Shown here piece after piece: positions 38,901 through 51,540 of a DNA stretch of 64,000 nt. The position numbers and the translations under genes are program-made. Position 1 is the first letter of the stretch; every line of letters starts with the position of its first letter. The notes beneath the pieces were generated by a model. That model did not search any database, was not told the origin of the DNA, and saw only the letters and a program-made list of their open reading frames with translations. Origin of the DNA: Octopus bimaculoides (Eukaryota). The stretch covers positions 94,106,360 to 94,170,359 of the forward strand of contig NC_068981.1 in assembly GCF_001194135.2 (NCBI RefSeq), in the 5' to 3' direction.

Positions 38901-40525
38901 ATATTTCCTACAGATTAACTGGCAAGCACTTCAACATCTACACTACAAGTGCTCTGCTAAATTAGAGCTATCAAAAAAGATCACCAGAGATCAACTGAAT
39001 GTAAAAAAACTGTGACTTCATTAGCACACTAATGAGAGAACATGCATAATTATAAACAATTTCCTATCTGTTAGATTACAATTGAGTTTTATAACCAATG
39101 TAGAAAATGTTCCCTATTAATATAGTCTGAGAAAAACTTACATTCAACAAACTGGTTAGTTACTTGTATTCTGTTCTACTTAATATAAAAAAATATTGAA
39201 ATTAAATAAATGAGAAGAGAATAGGAATTACATAATTAACTTCATTAGCTTATTACTGTTTCTGCAACAAGATGCAGTGTACTCAGAGCTGAGTGCTTGT
39301 GCATCACTTAATAGCTTAAAATGAAGTGCTTGTTTATTTGAGAAAGTATTTAAACATGAGAAAATTCTTAACCATGATCAGGCTAAAATTCTCAACTTTG
39401 TGGTTTTCAGAATTCACAATTGTAATTCTCTGTTTTTGCTATCCTGAAAACAGCACCAGAATATATATACATAAAGTCTTCCAAAATTATTGCACTCATA
39501 CACACACTTAAGATTCTCTTTCACAGAAGTATGTCCTCTATGTTAGTTACAAAAAATAAAATAGTTATATATTTAATAAGTTTTGACATGACTTACAAAA
39601 GTATTAATTCTTACTTTATTAACATCTTGCAACTAACTTCCTTAGGCTACTTCAAACTTTAGTCAATACCAAGTAGTAATAATCATGAGAACCACACTTG
39701 GATTAAGTATACAAAACAGTAGCTGTGTAAGTTGTGTAATATAAACATTGTTATCAAGGCCTTATCTTTTCAGCATATTACATTAATCATTGACATGGAA
39801 GCACCACAGAAATATCAACAAATCCAGCTTCGTTGGAAGAAAAGAAGGGGTCTAGGTCATGGTTTTCCAAGAAATCTTGAAAACATTATAATGTTTGGAC
39901 AACATATAGGATATAAATTCAACTCTAGTTCTAGTCTGCTTCTATGTATTCAAGCAAGCAGGATATGTATGTTGTATATTGAATAGCTGATGTCTGCTGA
40001 AAGTACTGAATATTATTCTATGTTGATGATTTGGATATTTTGAAAATACCAAATTTTCAAAGCATCAAAAGAATTGTAAAATTTAAATTATAATGGAGTG
40101 GTCACAGATTGTAAACAAATGGTAAATTTTGATATTAGAAAGTATAAACGACTTTGATTATAATTTAGGGAACCTAATGTATGGGCTCAAAACAATTCTT
40201 TTGATGCTTTGAAACTAACTTCCTTAGGCTACTTCAAACTTTAGTCAATACCAATGTTGTGGCCTTTTAAGTAAGTGGCATCTAATTCTGAAATCTGTGA
40301 TATGTTTAACTGGAAACACCAGTATCCTGAACGTACTCACTTCAGAGTACCTGACACTTCTCTCATATGTAAAACAATAACAAACACATATTTATAATGC
40401 ACATGCTCACATTCATGCAATATATTACACACATCCATGCATTTATTATTTCACATTTAATTAATCAGTCCAGTTCAAAATAAATTAGTTTCATAAATTT
40501 ATAAGATTTTAATTCTCTAGAAAAT

Positions 40526-40704
40526 TCAGTCTGTTAACGTAAATCTGATACTCTCTAAGCCGGGAGTGAAACATTGTTGGCTCAAGTTGTTTTCCGTGTA
40601 GAATTCAGCCCAGGCTGGATAGTATTTACTGACTGCACCGCCCCAGCTCCAGCCATTGGGGATTAATATATTTGTTAAACCTTTAGAAATAATCTCATTA
40701 TAAC
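40526..40704 (-). CDS. EEPD1: EEPD1 last coding exon (GYNEIISKGLTNILIPNGWSWGGAVSKYYPAWAEFYTE...FTLTD*)
   Basis: ttccag acceptor, phase 1, TGA stop. Strong match to recalled EEPD1 GLTNPWIPDNWSWGGVASEHCPVLAEFYTE. AATAAA on the minus strand at 40442-40447. Confidence 0.93.
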
Positions 40705-40829
40705 CTGGAAAAGAAATGAAGAAATATATAAATAAAACAAAAAATCTTTAAATTCAGCATTCCACAAAAAGACAAAAAAGCAAGATATCTATTATATCAC
40801 ATTTCAACCAGAAAAATGAGAACAACATA

Positions 40830-41540
40830 CGAAACAATCCAAATTATTTGACTGTATTTAACAAAGTTTTCTAACAAAGTTTCCCCATATATATGCCTCC
40901 TTCTGTCCAACATCCTTTGGATTGAGAGTCTGATGTCAAATTGATCTACCACAGCATGTATCATCCACACATAACCAAGACACTTCATGGCAGACTTGCA
41001 CTTGCTCCATGAACAAAAGCTTCAAAAACATCCTTCATCATACAAACCAAAGACAGAGTCTTGTATTACACTTCTTCCTTAAGCATGAACAACACAAAGC
41101 TAACCATAATATTGCTACAAAAGCTAGGCCTCAATCTCTGACAATCTCTCATGGTGACCTCATGTATATAACATTACTAAAATTGTATTCCAAAGACTAG
41201 GTTTCCTCTTGAAGGCCAGAACATACATGGGCCATTATTATTTGTCTCTGCAAAGTTCATGTGCAATCACATTAGAATACAAGTCACACACTCAGTCTTG
41301 ACTTTATCAAAAAATGGTTGCTGATAAGAAAAGATTGAATATGCTAGATATTCAAATTGAGCATCAAACCATATCGATCATATCTGTCTAAGAAGTTTGA
41401 AAAGATTCCAACCATTGCTTTCTTCCTCTGTCTAGCACAGAGAAAAACAGTCTGCTTCTCTGAACTAACAAGCAGCCATGTAACCTTCAGTAAAATACCC
41501 ATGCATTTATCTCTCCTCACTAACATCTTTGCGGTGTCTT
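40830..41540 (-). mobile_element. Heavily decayed RT relic, probably Penelope-like
   Basis: On the minus strand, ordered remnants QF...YIHEVTMR (compare YxQxxGVAMG), VA(N)IM and YV[tg]DDT (YVDD after removing a 2-nt duplication). Confidence 0.4.
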
Positions 41541-42936
41541 AATCACCAATCACTACATTAAAGACTTTTATTCTAATTCTTTTTTTCCACTGGATCTCTG
41601 CTTTTCCTTCTTTGTCTACTAATATCATTCTTCAAAAGTATTAACTATATAACAACTACCCTTCTAACAATCAGATGGGCCTGCAAAGTTCAAGGAACCA
41701 CCTTTCCCCTAATTAAATCTAATTGGTTAAATTAAATTTGAAACAGGGATTTGCTATGACTTACAAAATGATTAACCAGTGTAAATTAAAAATATTAAAG
41801 CTAATAGGTAATGCAGAAGGTTTTTTTAATTCAAAATAGACATTCATTTCTCTTATTTTAGCTGTCTTATCTTGTCAAAGACTATATTTTCACAGATAAA
41901 ATTACAAATAAGATCAAGTATATGGTTACCCCCACAGGGCAGTATGATAAAACTTCTAATCTATAATCTAAAATGTGATATAACCACACACCAAAATACA
42001 TAGAGTTTCAAATACAATTCAAAGGTATCAAAGTACAAGGACCTTTGGATTGAAACAAAATAAATTAAAGAGAATGGAAATGTAAACAACAATAATTAAA
42101 GCATTAAATATGAAAAACAAAAATAGGGGCCACATCTAGGCCAACAAAATTGCACATAGAGAAATAGTAATACCATACAGAGTAGAGATTCTACTGAAGG
42201 CAATTTCAAAACAAATAATAGTCCACATTACATCATATAGAGAGAACAATAAACATCTTAACCAACGACAATAAGCAATAAATATCACAACACATTATAT
42301 TTTCAACATTATATGTTTTAGCCCGTTAACATTTAGATTTCTTTGTCAAATGTTTTGAATTAATTATGCATCATCTCATAGCTTTGGGATTTCAGTGATC
42401 ATCATCATTTAACATCTGCTTTCCAAGCTAGCATAGGTTGGACAATTTGATTGGGGACTGGTGAACCAGACTCCAATCTGACCTGGCAGAGTTTCTACAG
42501 CTGGATGCCCTTCCTAATGCCAGCCACTCCGAGAATGTAGTGGGTGCTTTTTATGTGCCACTGGCACGAGGGCCAGTCTGGTGGTACTGGCAAAGGTCAC
42601 GCTCAAGGCGAAGCTGGAAACGATCGCGCTCAAATGGTGCTTTTTACGTGCCACCGGCACGGAAGCGAGACCGCTGCTCTGGCAGTGATCCCGCTTGAAT
42701 GAATATTTTTAGAATGACATTGTTGGATAAGTATAAATCCAACAATGTCATTTTAGAATGACATTATGAGATAACTAGATCTGGTTGATTCGAACATAAA
42801 ACAAATAGAATATTTAGGCTTTTAAATGTTAAAGGGTTAAAACTGAAACCAAAATAAAAACTAGTCAATTCTCTCAAGAAAAGAGTTTGAAGTTTCTTTA
42901 ATCCTAATGTGTATTTTTATGTATCTTCAACAGTAT

Positions 42937-43331
42937 TGTTGTTGTTGTTGTTGGCACTCCGTCGCTTACGACATCGAGGGCTCCAGTTGATCTGATCAAC
43001 GGAACAGCCTGCTCGTGAAATGAATGTGCAAGTGGCTGAGCACTCCACAGACACGTGTACCCTTAACGTAGTTCTCGGGGATATTCAGCGTGACACAGTG
43101 TGACAAGGCTGGCCCTTTGAATTACAGGCACAACAGAAACAGGAAGTAAGAGTGAGAGAAAGTTGTGGTGAAAGAATACAGCAGGGTTCGTCACCATCCC
43201 CTGCCGGAGCCTCGTGGAGCTTTTAGATGTTTTTGCTCAATAAACACTCACAACGCCCGGTCTGGGAATCGAAACCGCAATCCTATGACCGCGAGTCCGC
43301 TGCCCTAACCACTGGGCCATTGCACCTCCAC
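42937..43331 (-). mobile_element. SINE family B copy with 12-bp TSD
   Basis: Near-identical to 31013-31395; cttcaacagtat at 42925-42936 and 43332-43343. Confidence 0.9.
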
Positions 43332-44057
43332 CTTCAACAGTATGCACATGTCTAAATTAACAAAAATCATCTAATATGCTAACACAGGTAGATACTCTTC
43401 TCACTACCAGACAGTGAGCTGTGATTAGAGTGACAGCTGTTTCTTGTCAAGTTAACAGGAACAAAGGCACAGGCTTAGCTATGCAGTTAAGAAATTTGCT
43501 TTGGAACCATGTGGTTTCAGTTCCACTGCTTTGCAACTTGTGCAAAAGTCTTCTACTATAACTCCAATCTGACCAATGCCTTTTGAGTAAATTTGGTAGC
43601 TGGAAACTGAGTGGAAGTCCATTGTGTGTGTGTGTGAGTGTCTTTGTGTTTGTCCCCACCACTACAGCCTGATAACTTGTGGTGATATGTTTACACCTCT
43701 ATAACTTAGCAGTTCAGCAAAAGAGACTGATAAAGTAAGTATCAGCCTTAAAAAAGAAGTACTGGGCTCAATTTGTTTGACTAATTCTTTTAAGGCGATG
43801 CCCCAGAGTGTCTGGTGTTCACTGACTGAAACAAGTGAAAGATAAAGATTAGCCTGTTGATGAAAAGCTTTTTCAAATTTGGGCATTTCATACTATGGAA
43901 GATAGGCAAAAAATTATTGGGATTAACGTTTGCATATTCTAATTTCTTGTCAGAAGTAGTTAGTTCTTATTTTACTTTCTTCTTGGAAAACATTTACAAC
44001 TGTTAACAACTTTAGATAATGTTAGAAAGAATTTTTTTTAAAAAAAAGGACAAGTAC

Positions 44058-44276
44058 CTGTATATAAGTGCTTTGAATTTTTATTGAACCAAATGTTTCC
44101 TGCCATTGTTTTGGAACAAGCTAAATGGCTACACAAACTGACACTGCTATTGTAGCTACTGTTACTTCTTTTGAGATGTGGTTGACTAACACTGCGATTC
44201 AACTCAAGAGGTAACATGCTAGGTTTTTCAGTGACTACACACTGAATGTAACCATGTTCTTGCAGTAATTCTTTTA
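44058..44276 (-). CDS. EEPD1: EEPD1 exon (KELLQEHGY...MAGNIWFNKNSKHLYT)
   Basis: 219 nt open frame, ttttcag acceptor and gtactt donor, phase 1 to 1. GNIWFNK corresponds to recalled DNIWISK. Confidence 0.9.
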
Positions 44277-46923
44277 CTGAAAAATAAAAGTAAAATATGT
44301 TAGATCAATACCTGGGAAGGTTTTGTTTTCATATTTGGTTTGCAAGATTCTAGATGTGATGAACTCATATGCTGAAACAGATTTTGTTATGTCTTGGGAG
44401 GGTTATCAAACCAATAATAAATATGTGCACTGGTTTCATTTCATTGTTTTTTTATTAATCAATTTCTTAACATTTAATGTATTAGTTAAACCATTGTTCA
44501 ATTAATTGCTAGGTTAACCTACCAGTGATCTCATGAGATCACTTAAAAATTACAAATTTCGTAATTATCTGTCAATATTTACACATATCTAACCTTTTTG
44601 CTATATCTACTAGGTATATTTCTCTGATATTCAAATGAGGTTTGCTAATTTTTCACCCAATATCTTGCTTATTTCTATTTAAAATGTTATTTTGATCATT
44701 CCAGCGTGTTTCTAAGGTAGTTTTATGCTAGAAATCCCAGTTAATAGAATTATGGGAGGTAATGGGTTAATTAGTCAATCAATTAGTTAGGTTTGTCAAA
44801 GTTCTTTCATTGTCATTTTCAACTTCACCAATGACAAGCCCTCTCCACTGCAGGTCTGCTTCAGACTTGTCTGAGGCCTTGTGCCAAAATAAGAAAGAAT
44901 GATTGGCATAATGGCCCTCCCAAGATACAACAAAATATGGGAAGGTGTTATAAGTCTTCTGCAGATCTTTAGTATAAAGCATCATATATTGACTGAAATA
45001 AGTAACAGTTGCATATAAATATCCATTAATAGCAGTCTTTTACCTTATGTAAAACACAAATCATCGCTTTATGTCCACTTTCCATGTCGGCATGGGTTGG
45101 CTGGATTGATATAATTTAATTCAATTCTTATAAGAAGCCACTACTTTCACAGATTAGTGCTTGTAAATACCAAGCCAAAAGGACATGCATGAGCACCAAT
45201 CTATGAGTAAAGTGGGTTACAATAACAACCAATTCAGAAAATAGCAGCTCATCTATCCTATGCTACAATGGAAAATGGACAGAAAATGCTGCCGATGTTG
45301 CCAACCATGAGGATGATCTAAGTTTTTTTTTTTTTTTGATGGCAATAAACTGCTTGAAACTAAAGTTTTAGCTCTAATTGTAAAAATTAAAGGAAAATAA
45401 TTCTGGGAGGTGATTTTTTAAAAACTTGTTATGACGAATGATAAATGTCGCTTTAAAAGTTTAATTTTTTAAAAAAATGTTTACTGGCTTCCTAAAAACA
45501 CAATGAGAATTTGTTTTCTATTTTCACACAAACATTTGGATAATGTTTGTCTTGCTTAATGGGCTCTTATGAGATTTTTGATTTTTTTTTATGAATAAAG
45601 TTTACCCCCCAGTTTCTGCTGGGAAATCTTAGGAGAAGTGACATAAAAAGAGAAATTAAGATTTATGCAAATAGTTCAAATTATTTTACTTTTCAAACAA
45701 AAAAAATCATGATATATTTATAAACTGGCAGGTTAGTAATAAACTGTCATCATTATCATCATCGTCGTTTAACGTCCGCTTTCCATGCTAGCATGGATTG
45801 GACGATTTGACTGAGGACTGGTGAACCAGATGGTTACACCAGGCTCCAATCTGATTTGGCAGAGTTTCTACAGTTGGATGCCTTTCCTAACGCCAACCAC
45901 TCCGAGAGTGTAGTGGGTGCTTTTACGTGCCACCAGCATGAAGGTCAGTCAGGAGGTACTAGCAACGGCCATGCTCGAAATGGTGTTGGCATAAATTTGG
46001 ATTGGAGATAAATCACCACTTCTATTTTCATTTGTAGCATATATGTTTCTGAAACAGAACTTGACATTTGAAGAACTCCTGAGGGAATAGTCATTGAATA
46101 ATTTTCAGGTTTCATTTGGTAAAAGAGTATAAGGAAAATGATAAAAAGTTCACTATTCACAATCACAGTATTTAATATCATTTAATCATGAACAATTACA
46201 CCAGACATTTTATAAACTGTTTCAGAGTTTGTGGGTATAGTCATTGGTTGTGAAGTTTGCTTTGCAGCCCTGTGGTTCAGGGCTTGACTCTAATGCACAA
46301 CACTTTGGGCAAATGTCTTTCACTGTAACCTCAAAGTCGACTAATGTTCTTGAGAAGAGAAACTGTGTGGAAACCCATGTGTGTGTGTGAATGTATGTAT
46401 ATATGTATACACATACATTGTTTAATGTCCACCTGTCAATGCTTGCATGGGCCAGACAGAATTTACTGGAACATGTATGTATATATATATACACATATAT
46501 ATGTAATGCATGTGTAGGTGTATACCACCACCATCTATTTACTTTAGGAAAAAAAATGGTAACTTAGCTAGTCAATAACTAAAGATTAATAAGATGTTGA
46601 AATAAGTACTGGGGCTTAAATGACTGACTAAAACTCTTGAAGGCAGTGCCTCATCATGATTGCAATCCAGTGATTGAAACTAGCGAAAAATAAACAAAAT
46701 ATATGTAGCAAATATTGTTTTTTTTTTGTATGTGTGTGTGTGTTTGTGTTTCAATAATTTGTTATAATAATTTAGAGGCAGACATGTAAGTATTAAATTA
46801 TCAATACAAATCCAGGGCTTCAAACCTAACCACAAATATTGGTAATTAAGCAATAAAGTAGCAATAATAAGGCAATGATATAGAAATGTTTATATTTAAT
46901 TAAGAAAATATAATGCAACAAAC

Positions 46924-46977
46924 CTTCTAGTCCAAGTTCAACATCCAGATTACCAAAAATAATTATGTGATTTTCCT
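46924..46977 (-). CDS. EEPD1: EEPD1 micro-exon (EENHIIIFGNLDVELGLE)
   Basis: 54 nt, ctttcag acceptor and gtttgt donor, phase 1 to 1. IIIFGNL aligns with the EEP GDF strand (recalled human VIILGDFG). Confidence 0.85.
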
Positions 46978-47576
46978 CTGAAAGCAAACAGAAATACTTA
47001 ATTATCTAAAAACAAAAAGAAGCAAGCTCAGTATGCCAAACACAAATCTAGTTTCCAGTTTTCAAATCATGTTCTCTTTTCATGCATTCCATTCTTCAAA
47101 AGATAAAAATTACATAACCCTTTAGCATTCACATTATTCTGTCAAATGTAATTCTTATTTATTTGCATTATTTTGCATTATCTCATGCATTATCGAGATT
47201 TTGATGATGCGATTGTTTACTTTTAGAATGACATTGTAGGAAAGGTGCAAGAGATAGGATCTGGCTAGTCTGAACATAAAAACAGGTAGTATATTTGGGC
47301 CAGATTTGGCTGGTTTAAATGCTAATGAAGAAAAGCCTTTTATATTAACGCTTCATGTTTTGCACATCTCTCAGATAATGTTATCAAAACAGATAGCAAA
47401 TTATTTGGGTTTTTTTTTACTTTACTAATAATTTATTTTTCCATGTTGGCATGAGTGGAATGATTTTTCTTAAAGTATGTTTTGTAGCAGGATGACGTTC
47501 CTGCCATTATCTACACAACTGTACGACAGTGTAACGAAGGATCAAATGGGCTTTCAGCCCGATTTGGGGTAAAGTT

Positions 47577-48008
47577 NNNNNNNNNNNNNNNNNNNNNNNN
47601 NNNNNNNNNNNNNNNNNNNNNNNNNNNNNNNNNNNNNNNNNNNNNNNNNNNNNNNNNNNNNNNNNNNNNNNNNNNNNNNNNNNNNNNNNNNNNNNNNNNN
47701 NNNNNNNNNNNNNNNNNNNNNNNNNNNNNNNNNNNNNNNNNNNNNNNNNNNNNNNNNNNNNNNNNNNNNNNNNNNNNNNNNNNNNNNNNNNNNNNNNNNN
47801 NNNNNNNNNNNNNNNNNNNNNNNNNNNNNNNNNNNNNNNNNNNNNNNNNNNNNNNNNNNNNNNNNNNNNNNNNNNNNNNNNNNNNNNNNNNNNNNNNNNN
47901 NNNNNNNNNNNNNNNNNNNNNNNNNNNNNNNNNNNNNNNNNNNNNNNNNNNNNNNNNNNNNNNNNNNNNNNNNNNNNNNNNNNNNNNNNNNNNNNNNNNN
48001 NNNNNNNN
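47577..48008. other. Assembly gap (N run); another at 17988-18088 and 10-N gaps at 3921, 16465, 29456, 34242, 50404, 53595 and 61759
   Basis: N characters; several 10-N gaps are flanked by duplicated sequence. Confidence 0.99.
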
Positions 48009-51000
48009 AGGTAACAAGAATGACCACCAAATTCAAAGGGGACGATGAACAAAAACTTGAGAACTTGGCTAATATAATCTATCAGGAAGGAGAGAAAAGA
48101 TTTGGATCTGAAGCAGCGGGGAATGGAGAATCATCAGCAAATGGCGGACCATCGAGGAGAGAAAGATGGATTGCAAAGATACAAGAACAGAAGAAAAACT
48201 CAGAACCAGACGGAGGGATGCAAAGGAGGAGGAAAGAGAAGGGTTAAAACAACTATATGAAGAGATAAAAAAGAGGCATCGAAAACAACTAAGAAAAGAA
48301 AGAAGGAAGAACAGAAGAAAGGACAGAGAAAAGAACTCTTGTATTTTTGTAAACAACCCATAACAATATGCTAAACGTTTGTTTACTGAAAGTAAAAGTG
48401 GAAGATTAGATTGCACTAAAGAAGAGCTCGAACACCATCTTAAAGGGACATACAGAGACGCTAATAGAAATAAAGTACTTCCTGAAATGCTCGGGCTGAA
48501 GAAACCATCTGAACCAAGAGTACCATTTGATTTGAGTGACACCAGACGGAAGGAAATGGATAAGTTCATTAGAAAATTAAGAGCAAAATGTTCACCAGGG
48601 AATAACGGAGTTAGCTACAAGGTTTATAAGTATTGCCTAAAATTGCATTTACAACCGTTTGCACTGATAAGGGAAATGTAGAAGAAGAAAGATGTAGTAG
48701 ACTGATTGAGTACAGCTGAAGGTATCTATTTACCTAAAAAGGAGGCAAAAACACTAGGGCAATTCAGACCCATTTCACTATTAAATACTGATGGGAAAAT
48801 CATGTTTGGAATTATTGCTAGGCGAATCATAAAATTCATACAACATAGAACATGCATTTGCCATCTGGGAACCTATTAACTGTGCAAAACAACTTAAGAA
48901 AAACCTGTACATTGTATGGCTAGATCTTGCCAATGCATATGGATCTGTTCCACACACACTAATTCAAGCAGTTATGGACTTCTTTTGGATTCCAGAAGAT
49001 GCTCAATGAATGCTCATGTGTTAGTTACTACGACAACTTGAGGATTAGATTTACAGCAAGAAAGTTCACAACAGAATGGCAACGACTTGAAGTAGGTATT
49101 GCAGCTGGATGCATGATATCAGTTATCTTATTTGTGCTAGTCATGGAGATGTTACTAAGATCAACAAACTGTGAGAAATCTGTTACAAAGACACCATTAA
49201 GGGCTTTTATGGATGATGTTACTGTATTATCAGAAAGTAGAGAAGCAGCAGATGGAATGTTAGAGCAGTTGGACGAACTAATAGGATGGGTGAGAATGAA
49301 ATTTCGTGAAAGGAGACCAAAAAGAAATGAAATTCAGATAGGAGGTGAAGATATACCAACAGTGAAAGAACAATCAGTAAAGAGTACAGAGATTTACTAA
49401 ATGATAAGCAGCAAAGCAAAGAAACACATGATTTAGTGGAACAAAGAGCAAAGGCAATTGACAGAACAACATTACCAGGGAAATTCAAATGTTAGATATG
49501 GCAATTTGGGCTGTACCCAAGGATAATGTGGCCATCACAAATGTACGAAATAGCCTCGAGTAGAGTAGAAAGGATGGAACAAAGATGCAGTGTGTTTATC
49601 AGAAAATAGCTTGGTCTTCCAAAACCACTGAATACAACTTCACTATATGGAAAACCCATGCTGCAACTACCAATAACATTAATTGCTGAAGAATATAAGG
49701 CAGGAAAGGCAAGGACACTAATGATGGTAAAGTATTCGAAAGATCAGAGCATCCGAGAAAACCTTCCAAAAGTATGAACAGGGAGGAAATGGAAAGCAGA
49801 AGAGGCAGTAAACAGGGCGATTGGAAAGCTAAGGCATACCAATATCGTTGGAGCGATGCAAGAAGCAAGAGCCAGTCTAGGGTCACACAATTTCAAGCCA
49901 TTTTGCAACAGCAGTGTAAAAGAGATGAAAGAGGCAGTGGTACACGAAGTGAGAAAGGAGGAAGAAGAAAGGCGAAATATACATTTGGTGCAATGTAGTC
50001 AACAGGGACAGTGCCTCAGATGGGAGGAATATGTAGTCCGTTGCAGAATCTCATGGAAAAAAACTTTGGGCTTGGGATCAAGCAAGGACATCCTTTCTGA
50101 TCAAGTCTACCTTCGACATTTTACCCTCACCGGCGAATTTAGTCCGGTGGAACATACAAACAACTGATGAATGTAGATGTGGAAAGAAAGCAACGGTGAG
50201 ACATGTTCTGTCAAACTGCAGGCTAACACTAGACAGGTATACATGGGGTCACAATCAAGTCCTCGGCATCATAAGTGCAGCACTCAAGGAGAAGATCGAG
50301 GGATATAATAGGGGAGTGTACCCAAAAGTGGCAAAGCGCAGAAAAAAATGTACTTCCAGAAGAAGAGAAAAGGACATAAGGCCAGGTCTTCAAAAAAAAT
50401 ATANNNNNNNNNNAGAAGATCGAGGGATATAATAGGAGAGAGTACCCAAAAGTGGCAAAGCGCAGAAAAAAATGTACTTCCAGAAGAAGAGAAAAGGACA
50501 TAAGGCCAGGTCTTCAAAAAAAATATAAGAGACAGATGAAATATGGAAGGGATACTGGGAGCCGGTCACGGATTTGGAAAAACTGTTAATATTTCCACTC
50601 ATAAAAACAGCAAAAAGACCAGACTTAATCCTATGGAACACAGAATGGAAAATTGGAATTTTGCTAGACCTGACAGTGCCATAGGAAGAGAATATCGCTA
50701 ATGCAGAGCAACGGGAGGAGAAGAGGTATGAGAGATTAACTGAAGAGTGTAGAGAACAGAGATGGACTGTTGAGTATTACCACCTGGCAGTGGTGGCTAG
50801 GGGCTTCATTGAAAGGAAAATGATAACGCTATTCAAAAGAAAATTTACATTTTCGAGCTCAGAGCTGAGAAAAGTAATAAGGAGGATACCAGAGGCAGTC
50901 GAAAAAGCCAGCTTCTATATATAGTTGAAGTGAGAAGACTGAAAATGGCTTGAAAGCCATAACATGCTAACTGGGAAATAGCTTCGCTAAGTGAGGCTGG

Positions 51001-51540
51001 CTGACACTTAAGCAACATTGCTGATTGACAGGTGGGCCAAGGTAGTGACCTCGTTCATAGCGCACCCTCCTCCTGGTTCGAAGGCTTGTACCACCAAACA
51101 ACTGGTCGGCTCTGAAACTAACACAATATTGTTGGAAGGCAGGTTTAAAGAGGGTGCGGGCTAAAACTATGTGCCCTTACCCTCCATTGGTCAGTTGAAG
51201 CTTGACAGTGTCACGTGACAGTTAGCTGGTACTGGCTACTGGAGCTTACCAGTGAATATTTAAAGGGAAATTTGGTAAGATGGTCAGTCACCCACTGGCA
51301 TTCGTTGATGCTGCATTGAAGAAACCAAAGAACAAAAAAAAAAGGAGAAAGAAGAAACGCACTCAACACCAGAACTGAAGACACCTCTGAAAGGAAGGGG
51401 GGGGGCGCCATGTCAAAAATGGTAGAGGAGTAGGGGCTGAAACCGGACGTAGTTCCTCCTGATGATGTCTTTAACAAATGGATCCTATAAAAGGGCTGTT
51501 GAGGTAGCGAACCATGAAACATGGTTGGAATTCCTCAGAT
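48009..51540 (+). mobile_element. Decayed RLE-type non-LTR retrotransposon (R2 superfamily, Hero-like)
   Basis: NIIYQEGEKRFG, FRPISLLNTDGK, LDLANAYGSVPH, GIAAGCMIS, AFMDDVTV, CRCGKKATVRHVLSNC (zinc knuckle) and KRPDLILW (RLE). Multiple stops; the 5' end is lost in the gap 47577-48008; the 3' UTR limit is approximate. Confidence 0.88.

Noticed and set aside
44779-44996. Minus-strand ORF as an EEPD1 exon
   Set aside because: Its acceptor phase is incompatible with the neighbouring exons, it has no good donor, and it shows no EEPD1 similarity.
47507-48052. Long ORFs of 160-181 aa
   Set aside because: They consist almost entirely of X from the N gap.
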